From assembly GCA_002104945.1 (NCBI GenBank), contig MCFH01000005.1:1054001-1118000 (forward strand): 64,000 bases of DNA, read 5' to 3'. The translations under genes were made by a program, and so were the position numbers. The notes under the pieces are model-generated. The model was not told the DNA's origin, did not search any database, and saw only the letters and a list, made by a program, of their open reading frames with translations. This DNA comes from Piromyces finnis finn. Its lineage: Eukaryota > Fungi > Neocallimastigomycota. Positions 38,033 to 51,400 of this stretch are shown here, piece by piece (within the stretch, counting starts at the first letter, position 1; each line of letters starts with the position of its first letter).

Positions 38033-39462
38033 ATGTTTATTTTCTTTTATATTTTATTATTTTATATTATCGTTTATTTTTTAATCTTTTTATAACATAT
38101 ATGTAATTTTATTTTATTATTATTATTATTATTTTTTTATTTTTTTTAATAGTAATACCCCATATCAAATTATAATATAATAAAATAAAATTATAATAAT
38201 TATTTTTTTTTAAAAAAAAAAAATGAATGAATGGAGGCATTTAAAATAGGTTTAGAATGTAAAAACAAAACAATGCTTAATAGTAAAATTCAAGTAATAA
38301 TTTTGTAAAAGAATTAAATCTAATTTTTTGTTTTTCTATATGAATGAAAATTATTCATTTATTTATTTTTTTTTATACAACAAAGTTAATTTATTATTAT
38401 ATGAATATAATTTTTAGGAAATATGACCTATTTATCTAGCTATTCATTATATTACTAAAAGAACATTTTTTAGAATGAAAAATGAATAGAATTAAATTTT
38501 AATGAATTAAATGAATAATTTTTTTTTTTTAAAAAAATATTTAATTAATTTCATTTATTATTTTTAATTAAAATAAATTTTTTATTGAAAAACTTTAATA
38601 TTATTTATATTTTATAGAATTTAATTTAGAAAAAAAAAATTAAACTTTTTAATTATTCTGTATATTTTTAATCAAAAAAGAATTGTTTAATTTAAAAAAA
38701 AAAAAAGAACTTTTAATACTATTTTTACTTTTATTATATATTATATATATTACATATTAAATCCATTACTAATAAAACAATACTAAATGTTAAAAAACTC
38801 AAAAAATTTATAATAAAAATTTAGCTATAATGTCTATATATTATAAATTTTAATTTGAAATAATTTCATGATTCCTTTATAAATTATTTTTTTAAAAATG
38901 TTTTAACAAATTTTATTATCCATTTATCCCTTTTTTCTCTTTATCTATATAAATATTTTATAGCTATAATACTAAGTAGGTACAATATTAAATGTAAATT
39001 TCAAAAAATAAAAAAACAATAAGGGATAAAGTTATATTTCAAATTTATATATATATATATTCATTTATTTATTCTAAAATAATTAAAAGATAAAACTTAA
39101 TAAAATTATCTTCAAATATATATATTTATTATTTTTTTTTGATAAGGTAAATTATTGTTAAATATGTATATTTTATTTTATTTTATTTATTTTTTTGATA
39201 AAATAGATTATTATTAAATATGTATATATTTAGTTTTCTTTGATAAAGTATCTTAATTTTACATTTCATTATGTAGTAGTGATTATGAAATGAAATTATT
39301 TGCTTTTTTAATATTCTATTCTATTTCTATTTTTCACCTTTTTATACCTGGTTCAATAAAACAATTTTTATAATAATAATGCTAGTGCTTTGATAGCTAG
39401 TATTTAAATTTGTTTAAACTTTGTATTATTAGTTTTAAAGCTTAAATTTTATTGTTTTTTTT

Positions 39463-40130
39463 TTAATTGAAAATTAAAAGTAATAATAAAGTAGATAATG
39501 AAATTAGTAAAATGTTATTAATTTTCATGGTGGTAGTATCACTTGTAACATGTTGGGCTTTACATTCTTCAAATTCCATTAAAGAGATTATATTTTTTTA
39601 TATTTTTTTGTATTTAATTCGTTATTAGAAAACTTTCCAAAAGTATAGTGTGAGTCTTCATAGGCTAACAATTAATCAAGACTTATTTTTTCATATTTTT
39701 TAGCTAAGGATTCAGTACTTTTTTTTTTTTTTTTTTTGATTTACATTGTTTTTAAAAGTTTTCATTATTAAACTTTAAGAGAATGATATAATTCTTTATT
39801 TTCGTCTGCTTGATAACTTATATCAAAATCAATTAAATATATTTTTATCATGACGCAAAACCAGGTGAATTTATACAAATTGGATAATATTTCAACGAAT
39901 CTTTAAAGAAATTTTTACATTTTTCATTCATATAGCCAACACATGAAGATTTGTAATTATCTATTGTTAATATTAGGATAGCATTCTGCAAATTTAGGAT
40001 CCACTCTTTCTCATTCACTGAAGCTATTTACGATTACATCTTTGTTCATAATTGTAATTATTTTCTTAGTAACATAATTAGTCTTAAATGCAATAGTAAC
40101 AACTATAACTAACAATAAAATAATAACTTT
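39463..40130 (-). pseudogene. Pseudogene of a secreted, Cys-patterned, probably GPI-anchored surface protein
   Basis: Minus strand reads KVIILLLVIVVTIAFK (signal-like), ...FAECYPNI / DNYKSSCVGYMNEKCKNFFKDSLKYYPIC..., then TESLAKKYEKISLD*LLAYEDSHYTFGKFS / IISLMEFEECKAQHVTSDTTTMKINNILLISLSTLLLLLIFN* (GPI-signal-like end). Several stops and frameshifts, a poly-A run, and no intact ATG. Confidence 0.65.
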
Positions 40131-41539
40131 TTTTTTTCTTAATTTAAATGATATACCAAATAATTTATGTTATTAAAATTTCTTTTTTATTATACTTTAT
40201 TTAGAATGTTAATAAATAAGTTTGATCAAATTTAATATGTATTAAAGTTTTTGTGTTACAAAACTATATAATATAGTTTTTTTATATTATTATTAAATTA
40301 CTATAAAATTAAAACTAAAATTATAAAAAAAACAATTTAAAGAAAGGTCCTTTTCCTTTTATAATAGTTCTATTATAAATTCATCATAAACAATTTTTGA
40401 CATTTCCTTTCATAAATAGCACTATCTTTATTAAATTCCTTTTAATTTATCATTCAAATTTAGTTTTTTGTTTGTTTAACCTTTTTTTTTTTTAAGTAAA
40501 GAACACCCCTATTAGAATTAGTTGAAGATAATTTAAATTTACAAACTTTCTCAAAAGGAGTTTGAAAATTTATACTAATAAAAATGGTTGAAAGTTAAAT
40601 ATAATATCAAAAAAGGATATATAATTTAATAATATTATTTTGTATTTGTAATCAATAATAACAACCTGAAAAAGTTAACCAGATGAATGATAATTAATTT
40701 CATTAATCAAATTTCAGATGGTATTCTAAACTATATTTTTTTTTTTTTACTAAAAACAATAATAAATAGTAAATAAAAAATAATAATATTAGAAGGGAAT
40801 TCTAAATATAAGAAGTTAGAAAATAAATGAACCTTATTAAACGAAAAAAAACAAAAATATAATTTGTTGGTAAATTGGGCCATTTTAATAGATTGAGGAT
40901 TCATTTTAATATTGTTATTTGATATATCCCATATCCTTTTATTCCTACATTATTTAAGAGTTGGATAATACATAACGTATTATTGTATTTTTATAAAATG
41001 TAAATGCTTGTATACAACATCTATTCATAATGTAGCGGCTAGTTTTCATAGTTGATAAATGTAAAAAAAAAAAAAGATTAATTATAATTGGTTTATCCTT
41101 CAAACCAAATTAGAAACTTTATTTTATATTAAAATCTGTTTTTTTTTATAACTATTATTTATAAATAATTAAAAATATTTATTTATACCTTTGTCATACT
41201 CTTTTTTTATTATTGTTATTATTATTATTATAACAAAAATAGGAAACTATTTGTTTCCTTTATTAGTTTTTTTTTTTTTTACATTATTTCTGTATTCTAT
41301 TCGATTTAAGATATATAGAATAGGAAATAGTTTGAAAATAGTTTGGAACATTTTGTACTTTTTAACTATTTTGAATCTAATGAAACTTTTATTTAGGTAG
41401 CTTTTTTATTTTAAATATTTAATATTTTTTATTTTTTAAAAAAATGTTATGGCCTATCCATTCCGTTTATTTATGATTGATTTTCTATCACTATGAAATG
41501 GCTTGGTATTTTTTTTTTTAATGATAGATGCAGTGGTTC

Positions 41540-41670
41540 AAAGCAATCTATCTATGATTTATTTATAATATCGTACTATCTTTTATTCCAATATTTTATA
41601 GACTTACAGGCACGCATAAATAGACGACACATTCAAATACACCCATCAACAACTTCATACTTTTTAAAGT
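41540..41670 (+). mobile_element. Possible Mutator-like (MULE) transposase relic
   Basis: YRTIFYSNIL*TYRHA*IDDTFKYTHQQLHTF* resembles the MULE first catalytic-Asp block (IF.t..ql..L.....f.DGTFK....QL.T). Short, with stops, and no TIRs found. Confidence 0.3.
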
Positions 41671-41879
41671 TTTTTTTTTTTCAACAAAATCTTTTTAATC
41701 TCAAATAGATTCAAATTGATTCAACTATATTATTGAATTTCTGTGTAACCTTTTTTTTTTTAATGTTAAAAAAAGAATGAAATAAAAAATTTTCTAAAAT
41801 TAACCAATTAAAATTTGTAAAAAAAAAAAAAAACATTTTTTAAAAATGGTTTAAATAAGGAAAGAAAAAAAATTATTTG

Positions 41880-42240
41880 GGTATAATTAGTGGTAATGTT
41901 AAAAACCATCAACCATAAGATCTGGGATATAAAATGATTGAATAAAAGAAGATAAATGATAGTGATGATAAATCAAATCAAATAAAAAAAGGCATTTATT
42001 CATTAATCCTACATATTTATATTAAAGGTAATGAATTATTGTAAATTCTTAAAGATAAGATTGATAATTTCTATGGTAGTAATAGTTTAATAGGTAAAAT
42101 TAATAAGAATGATGTTGTATTAATACAATAATTTAAAAATGCCAACTAGTACTACTTTCATTTTTTTTAGAAATAACAATAGCAATCATTCATCACCATC
42201 AGCATCATCAATAGAAATATTAATTAATAGTGATAAACTT
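41880..42240 (+). pseudogene. Degenerate reading frame of unknown origin
   Basis: One frame stays coding-like for about 120 codons (GIISGNVKNHQP*DLGYKMIE*KKINDSDDKSNQIKKGIYSLILHIYIKGNELL*ILKDKIDNFYG...) with scattered TAA/TAG stops. Confidence 0.3.
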
Positions 42241-43713
42241 TTAAAATACAATTCTTTTAATATCAACTTTTATTCATTATGCCATTTAAACTACAATTAA
42301 TTGCTTTAGAATTAAACCATTAGAACACTAAACTAATGACTATTTTTCTTATTTTGTTTTATCTTTTTTAAAACCACACGCTTTAACATTTTTAATTTCA
42401 AATGCATACTAATATATTATAATATACACCAATATATTACCCTCAAAATAAATCAAATCAAAAAAAGGTAAAAAAATATTTTTTTTTTCAAGAGTGAATT
42501 AGATAGATATAGGAAAGTAGTAGAATGGGTGTAAATATAGGCCATTAAAAGTTATATATATTTATTTTTTTCTGTTTTTCTAAACTAAAGGTTAGTATTT
42601 GAAGATATGGCCTATATCATCCTCTTTCCCCTTCTTCTCTTAATTAGTATCTTTTAATAATAACACCAAAAATGTTTAATAATCCTTTATTTTAATTAAT
42701 ATTAATTTGATACCATTTTTATATATTATATGAATATATATTTCAATTAGTTTAATATATGTATGATTAATATTTTAGTGTATAATATTTTTTTTTAATT
42801 TTATAGTTTATCTTTATTAATTTTATCGCTTTATAGTTTTAATAATAATATATGTAATATTATATTGTAATATATTGTAAGAGTATCAAATATATACTAT
42901 TTTTTATATTCATTTATATATTAAAGATTTATTTTAATTTTTTTTTTTTTTAATCGCTTACTATTCATGTATTAATTAAAATTTAAATATACTCATTATA
43001 TATTATCCATTCAATATCCATTATTTATTTTTAAGTTTTAATATATTAGAATATTTAAGTATAATTAATTTAAAAATTTTTATTTTATTACTTTTAATAT
43101 ATTAATTTTTATTGTAGGTATATTGTAATATACAATTACATAATAATTTAAAAAAAAAAATATTTAATTAAATTAAAAAAAAAATTTATAATAATGAAAA
43201 AATTTTAAATATTTTTTTTTTTTTTTTTTTACTTTAATTATTTTTTTTAAAAAGTAGTAATTAATCACGATTTGTTTGAAGGCCGCCATCATTAAAGTAA
43301 AAAAAAAAAAAAACGAAACAACAATTATTTATTTAGTGTTATTATATTTTTATAATAAAGAATAAAAAAAAAAAAGCTTTTATATAAACTATTTTTAGAA
43401 ATAAAATTTGTTAAATAATAACTATAATTTAAAAAAATATTATTAAATCTTGACTATAAAAATAAATCTATTTTAATATATACAATACTTATTTAAATAT
43501 TAATTATAATTTTATATCATTTTATATTATTACTTCAAGTGTGCCATTACGTTAAATAAAGAATTATATTCAATTCCAATCAATTACAAATATTAAAAAA
43601 CTTTATATATTGTCAAACAATAGCAATAATAATAAAACAAATTTATATATTTTAAAAATTAAATAAATCAAACAATAATTTTATAAACATAAATAGTAAT
43701 TATAATATTCATC

Positions 43714-46685
43714 ATGGAAACCACAGTTTGTAGTGACGATACAAAGCAAAGACTTCAAAATAAAATTACCGTAAATATTTATTTATTTTTTTTTTTGTTT
43801 ATAAGTAGTAAATTATGTATATTTAAAAAATTAAAATGTAATCATTGTTATATTATTAAACAAATATAAAAAATTATTTATAAAAATTTATTTATAATTA
43901 ATAAAGTTGGCTGTTAAATCAAAATTAACTGGTCATGGCATTGAAAATGCTGATGAACTTTCAGTAAAATGTATTGAAATGATGACTACTGGTCATTCTA
44001 AAGAAGAAATTCTTTCAGAACTTGAAAAATACTCTAAAGTCGAAGAAAATATTTCATTAGATCAAATGGAAAGACATAATAAATCATTTGTTGATTGGCT
44101 TTTTGGATATTCTAGTATTGTATCCGCTGTCTCTAAAGATACTGTTAGTACTCCATTAACTGAAGCAGATACAGAAGCTACTACAGAAAATCATTTAAAT
44201 AATCAATCAACTTCAGTTTCAACACCTCCAATTGATGATGTATCTGATGATGAAGATACAAAATTAGAAAAGAACTCTAATACTCCAGCAGCTATTGCTG
44301 AATCAGTATTAAAGCATGAACCAAGTTCAGATGATATTATTATTTCTGAAGATGATGATCTTGAAGATAATAGTTCAGTTGATTCTGATGATATCCCAGA
44401 ATTACAAAGCAGAGAAAGTGATAATGAACAAAATTTAACTTCAGAACCAAATACTGAAGAACAAAAGGTTGAAACTGAAGAAAAAGCCCCAGAAGTTGAA
44501 AAGAAACCAGAACTTCCAAAGAGAAGATCTTTTATTCGTATTAAGGAAGGAAAATCTGGTCGTTTTACTCCAATTAAAAGTGAAGATCGTCACAGCTTTG
44601 TCAAGCGTAACCTTGCCCGCGTTGCTAGTCAATTAGATATTGCTTCCCAAGTACAAAAAAAGATTATGTCACACGCTAATGCTGTTGCTAATGCTTCAGA
44701 AAGTCAAAATCTTAACAAGAAGAAAAGTACTGCTTCATTAAATGGTACTTTAGAAAAGAAAAAGTCATTTAGACGCGATAGTATTACTTCTAATGGAAGT
44801 ACAGGCCAATCTGTTTACTCTTCTACAAATGCTACATTTATGCAATCATTCGCCAATAAGAGCTTCCCAAAAACTTCAAAGACAACTTCATCTACTACTA
44901 CTACTTCTACAATTACTCCAAGTAAGTCAAAGGTTACTCGTTGTAGTTACTGGCCAAATTGTAATCGTGGTGATGAATGTAAATTCTGGCATCCAAAGGA
45001 ACTTTGTCCAAATTTAAATAATTGTCCAGATGGTGATCAATGCCTTTATATTCATCCAGCTATTCCACAAAGCCAATTAAATAAAAATAAGTTGAAAAAG
45101 AGTGAAAGTTCATTAGAAGTTAGTGAAAACTTTAATACACCAAAATATACTCTTCAAAAGAAATCATCAAGAATTTCACTTAATGGTACTATCAACCAAC
45201 AAGCTTCCCTTGTCAAAAAATCATCAAAAGCCAATTTAAAGGAATCTAGTTCTACCAATAATCTTCACGCTATTGAATGTAAATTCGGAGCTAATTGTAC
45301 ACGTCCAGATTGCAAATTTTCTCATCCAAGTCCAGCTGCTATATTAGCTGCAAATGCACTTAAAAAGAAGGATAGTAAATTATTAAAGGAAAAGAAGAGT
45401 TATGATGTACTTAAACATAAGGAATCAAGATCAAAATTAATTTCATCAGAAAATGAAGAAAAGGCTGAAGATGGTCAAACAATATTTGTAAATAACTAAT
45501 TTTTATAATATTTTTATATTTGTCTTTTTTTTTATTTTTTTTTTACATTAGCATTTATTTTTTTAAATAGTTAAAGCAACAATTTATCGTTTAACACTTT
45601 TTATAAGCAAGATTCTTTTTCATTCTTTAAAACTTTTCTGTGGTTTTTTTATCTTATTTTTTATCAGCATATTAATTTTTGTAGATGTTAATCATTAGTA
45701 TATAGAATTGAAAATTAAATAATAGGAAAAATATGATATATAATTTTAATTAACCAAAAAATAGGAATATTCAAAAAATTAACCATTGAGAAAGAGTTTA
45801 ATTTATTTATTAACGGGAAAATATATCTTAGCAATTCAATATCAATGACATTCAAATAATAATATCATAATATATCATCATTAATATTAAATGATGATGT
45901 GTATATAAGGAATATATATGCATTATCATTCACAAACATCATAGTTAAATTCAAAATATAAATATATTTTGATATAAATTATTTATAAATATTCATAATT
46001 AGAATTTAAAGTAGTTTAATATATTTTTATAATTTTACCTATGATAATAAATAATATATATTATTTTATTATTATAAGATTATATATATTTAAAAAAATT
46101 AAACCAAAAAAAAAAAAAAAAAAAAAAAAAAGAAAATTTCAATAAAAAATAATATATATTAAAAAAAAAAATAAAAAATGAAAAAGATTTTATTAAATTA
46201 TTAAAAATATATAATATGTTTAAACGGAGAAATAAATTCAGCAGAAATCTATATAAAAAAAAAAGTCAATGGGAAAATAAAACAGTGTGAAAAATAGAAA
46301 GATCATAAAAGTATTAGAAAGTGAATAATAGATACATATGTATAAAAGGGAAAAAAGAGTATAAAATAAGATAAAAGGAAAGAGTAAAAAAAAAAAAGTG
46401 AAATCTTGGAATCAATTCAAATTTTTGATGTGAAAAAAAAAATTGTGTATAATAAGAATAATCCATAGAAAAAAAAAAAGTTGATATACAAAAATTGATA
46501 TTATTTTTAAACGCATTTAATATACATTTATGTTTTTATTTTGAATTTTTTTTAATTTAATTTTTATAATATTATAATATTAACCTTTTTTATTTTTAAT
46601 AATATTCTACATTATTAAAATAAAACAGTGCCGCTTTGGTTCAGAATGTAAAAGACCAAACTGCAAATTTTTACATGAAGATTAA
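43714..46685 (+). CDS. NAB2: Nab2/ZC3H14-like nuclear poly(A)-binding protein: N-terminal PWI-like helical domain plus CCCH fingers (exons 43714-43770, 43907-45487, 46629-46685)
   Basis: Exon 1 METTVCSDDTKQRLQNKIT splices in phase 0 to LAVKSKL...EILSEL...FVDWLF. Fingers: CSYWPNCNRGDECKFWH, CPNLNNCPDGDQCLYIH, CKFGANCTRPDCKFSH, and CRFGSECKRPNCKFLH in the distal exon. C-x5-C-x4/5-C-x3-H spacing is Nab2-type. An unspliced form ends at 45499. Confidence 0.75.
46106..46131 (+). promoter_or_regulatory. A26 tract in the last intron of the Nab2-like gene (candidate autoregulatory binding site)
   Basis: 26 consecutive A counted. A second A26 lies at 46970-46995 and an A24 at 47205-47228. Long A tracts are common in this window, so function is unproven. 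Confidence 0.25.
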
Positions 46686-48474
46686 TTAATCAATGTAAAT
46701 CAATGATAACTTAACTCTATTTTTTAAATAATATTAAATTTTTTTCTACCCAAAAATGGTAATTATTTTGATTAAAAAATAATAGAAATATATATTAAAT
46801 ATTAAATTATAAAAGTGAAATTATACCTTTTAATTAATTTCTTTTTTTATTTTATTTTACTCGTATTTATATATAATAATTTAATGTAATATAGTTTTTT
46901 TTTTTTTTTTTTTTTATTTCCTTCATTTTTTCCTTATTTGTACAATATTTTCATTTCATTTATATAAACAAAAAAAAAAAAAAAAAAAAAAAAAACATAC
47001 GTAACATTTTATCATTTCTTTCTTGAAAAGAAATAATAATAAAAAAAAAAAGTAAAAGAAATCATTAATATTTAATATGTATATCTTAACCATCATTCTA
47101 TTATAATTTAATAATATATATTTATTTATTTATTAATTTATTATTTTTTTTAGTAGTATCTTTATATATATTATTTATTTAAAATATATAAAAAGCAAAA
47201 AATCAAAAAAAAAAAAAAAAAAAAAAAATTATAATAAAAAAATAAATAAATTATTTAATAATTATACACACAATAGATATTCAAATTTTAGTATTTGTAC
47301 ATAAAATGGCTCAATAAATTTAACAAAATGTAGGTGCTATTCCTCCATGAGTCATGATTATAATTTTATTTAATTTATTGTGGTAGAGAAAGAGAATTGA
47401 ATCATCAACTACCAAAAAAAAAAAATTTATTTAAAAACTATTTTATCGATTTAATATTTACGTTCATAGTTGATGTAACAAAAAAAAATAAAAGATTGAA
47501 AATATAAAAAAATGTATAATAATAATAGTAAAATATATATATATATATAAAGAAAATAATAATTAATAGCAAATATTATTATTATTATTATTATTATTAT
47601 TATCAGCATATAAATCATTAGATAGTTTCAGTATATGACTTATTATTTATAATTTTTGAATATCTGGACAGATGAACAAAAAAAAAAATTGTTTTATTGT
47701 ATCAAGGATTTTTTTTTTTCAAAGGAAAAATAAAATTGAGTATTAGTAGGAATAATTATACTATCTGTTTGTTTTTTTCTTTATATATTTATTAAAACAT
47801 AAAAATAAAATACATATTATCCTCATTATACTTTAAAAATTTTCAAATTTCAAAAAAAAAAAAAAAAAAAGGATAAGGGTTCTTGAAAACAATATTATTG
47901 GAAAAAATATTTAAAAAAAAAATAGATTTATAGTTTTTGGAGTTTTTTTTTTTTGGAGATTTATTTTTAAAAGTAAACCTAAAATATTATAATTAATTAT
48001 AAATAAATTATTGTGAAAACCTTATTATTTAATTTTTCAATAATAAATAAATTAAAAAAATAAAAAAATAAAAATAAAAATTATACTATGAAAATAATAG
48101 ATAATACATGGAATTAAAATAAAAAAAAGAGAGAAAAAAAAAGTTAAAATAATAATATTATAGAGTTGGTATAGGTTTTAAAGTTCAATTCTATTCCTTT
48201 TTAGCTTTATATAATACTACTTATCATTTTAATTCAAAAAGTTTTTTTTATTAAAATTCATATTGATATCCCTTTACCATTCTTTTAAAAAAAAAAAAAA
48301 TGTAATTTAAAATTTATATTATTGCAGTTGTAATGATATAAATTCGAAATAAAATAAAATAAAATAAATAAATACATATATATTATTAAAAAAAATTCTT
48401 TTATTAAATTAACCAATGTTACTGTTTACTAATACTTTTATGAATAGTGTCGAAATTGGGAAGCCAATGAAAAA

Positions 48475-51400
48475 ATGGATTTTTTTTATCATTTTTTTTT
48501 AATTATTCTATTGGTGATAAATTTCATTCCGGTACAATCAAAAGATATTATAATACATAATAATGATGAAACTTTTTTGAATTTACAAGAGGTTATTAAT
48601 AATCAAGATGATAAAAATATTACATTGAGATTTGTGGATAATTACTATAATATGACATTACTTCCTTACTCTATCGCAGTCACCGTTTCAAATAATATAA
48701 ATTTTGTAGGAAATGAAAATAAAACTATTTTTGATTATAATAATAATTATAAGGGAGTGTTTTGTTTTACTTTTGTAAAAAGTTCAAATTTATTCACTGT
48801 AAAACTAGAAAATATTATCTTTGAAAATTTCTCAACAAATTTTATAGAGTATACTGGGGTTCAAACATTTTTTATAAAATCTTACATCTATGATTTTCAA
48901 ATGATATATCACAATTGTGTATTTAGAAATAATAAATACAGTCTATTTCATTTTGATATTTTTTACGAAAATAAAGGGGATAAAAATGTTTCTCAAGTCA
49001 GTATAGAAGATTGTGATTTTTAGTATGTATAATATCAATGCAATATATATACTTTTTTTTTTTTCATTAATTTATGGTATTGATGTTTATATTTACTAAC
49101 CATAACATTATATTTTAAATAATAGTAATAATTCTTATAAAATGTTTTCCATTACCCATAACTCTAGTCAATATCGGTTAATTACAGACAATTATTTAGA
49201 TTTCATAATAAACTTTTATAATTGTAAATTTATTAATAGTATCCGACTAATTTATTCTGAATCTGCTTTAGTCAATATTAAAAATTGTTTGTAGAATATT
49301 TTTATATATACTATTTTTTTTTTAAACCTATAATAGTATTTTATTTATTTATCAATTAATAATCCCTATGAAATTTAATACAAAAAAAAAAAAAAAAAAA
49401 GAGAAAAAAAATATATATATATATATATATAATTTAATAATTAATACAATACAAATTTTTCAATAATTAATTTATAGGTTATTTTTCTGGTATTGTAGTA
49501 AATGAATTTTCAAACGATGTTATCTTCTACAAAACAAATTATAACCCTTCTGAATTATATATTACGGATTCAATATTCGAAAATATTCACATAAAAAATA
49601 ATTTACCAATGATTAAAAGTCAAAGAGTCCATTTAGAGTAATAATCCAATAGTATTTATGACATTTATAATAAACAATAGACAAGTTATTAGTATTTAAC
49701 TCTTTTTTTTACCATAAAATATTTTATTTATTCTATTTTTAATATTAATTTATATATTACTCAATAAATTAATCATTATTATTACACTTTTTTCATTGTT
49801 AGAATTACAAATACAACTTTTACCAATTGTTTTTCAGATTATGGTTATTTATTTTATATATGTAATCAAAATAACCAACAAATTATTATTAAAAATTCTG
49901 TATTTTCAAGTAAATAATAGAGAGAGAAACGTTATAATGATATAATTTTAAATTATATAATTAAAAAAGAATATTTGTAACAACTTATTTTATTCCTTTT
50001 TTTTTTTTTTTTTAAATATATAATAATTATTTAAAATAGATTTCACTTCTTTATTCAAAGGTGAATTTATTAACTATAATATTATTAATTCAATATTTCA
50101 AAATACCATTTTTACAAATTCAATTCCTGCTATTATTGATTCAAAGAATGCTATCATTTACATTTCAGATTCAAAGTTTAAAGATTTAAGGTAGCATATA
50201 ATAGTATATTTCATCATCCAAAGTTAAAGAGGATTAAATAAATATTAATGCATACATATATATATATATATATTCCTTTTTTTTTTTTTTTTTCTAATAA
50301 CTTAATTTAATAATTATATTTAACATAATAGTTTATCTATGGGTTTATTCGGAGAAGAAGGTCATTATTCTTTTAACAATATTGAATTAAGTAATATTAA
50401 AACAAATTCAAAAGCACTTCTTCATTTCATCTATTCAGATATTACTATTCATACAATGAAAGTAGAGAATATAGTATGTGTTGGAGATAGAAGTGATACT
50501 TCATTTATTTTATTAGATTCAGGCGAAAATAATATGAAAATTTCAATGAAGGATATTAAAATAAAAAATAGTTCATCTAACGGTCCATTTATTAAAATTA
50601 AAGGAAATTCAAGTAAAATCCATTTTGAAAATTTTAATTTAGTTAATGTTACTTCCTATGGATCTGTTATTGATATTATATCTAAAAAGGTAATATATAT
50701 ATTGAATATATTATATAGAGTAATGAAAATATATATGTAATATACATAAATTTGGTATAGATGAATAGATAAGAATATTTATTTTATTTTATTTTTTTTA
50801 ATAATAAATAAATGGGATAATAATAAACTTTAAGAGTGAAATTACCATGTCAAAAATCAATTTAGATCATAATATAAACAATGATAAATTGAATTGCGGA
50901 ATTATTCATTTTTGTAATGCCATTGATATTTCAATTTCTAATTCAGCCTTTAATAATAATCGTAGTAAAAGTAATGGTGGTGCTATGTATGACATCTATA
51001 ATATTATTAATATACCTAAGCTATTTTCAAAAAAAAAAAAAAAAAATAAAGTATTTTATAACATTTAATTTTTATGTATAATTATGAATATTGCAATGTC
51101 AAAAAAAAAAAAACTATTAATAGGTGTTTTAACGATTTATCAAGTATGAATATGAACCTAACATCAAATTTATTTGAAAATAATGAGGGTATTAATGGTG
51201 GGGCCTTATATTTTATAAATCATAAAAATGAACGTTTTAGTGATTATAATGACGCCGACCTATGGAAAATAAATATTGAAAATAATACTTTTATAGGAAA
51301 TAATGCAGAAAATTTCGGTGGCGCTTTATATTCAGAATTTAATAAACTCTACCTGGCAACAACAAAAAATAATAATATTATTAATAATAGTGCTGGAATT

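Noticed and set aside
12850-41708. Short I/F/K/Y/L-rich ORFs (12850, 19010, 26046, 26519, 27200, 33300, 34005, 41191, 41493)
   Set aside because: Composition is that expected from random AT-rich DNA and homopolymer runs; no motifs or splice continuity.
43281-43293. YY1-like GGCCGCCATCAT upstream of the Nab2-like gene
   Set aside because: A single occurrence with no evident cognate factor; it is a plausible promoter element but cannot be supported further.
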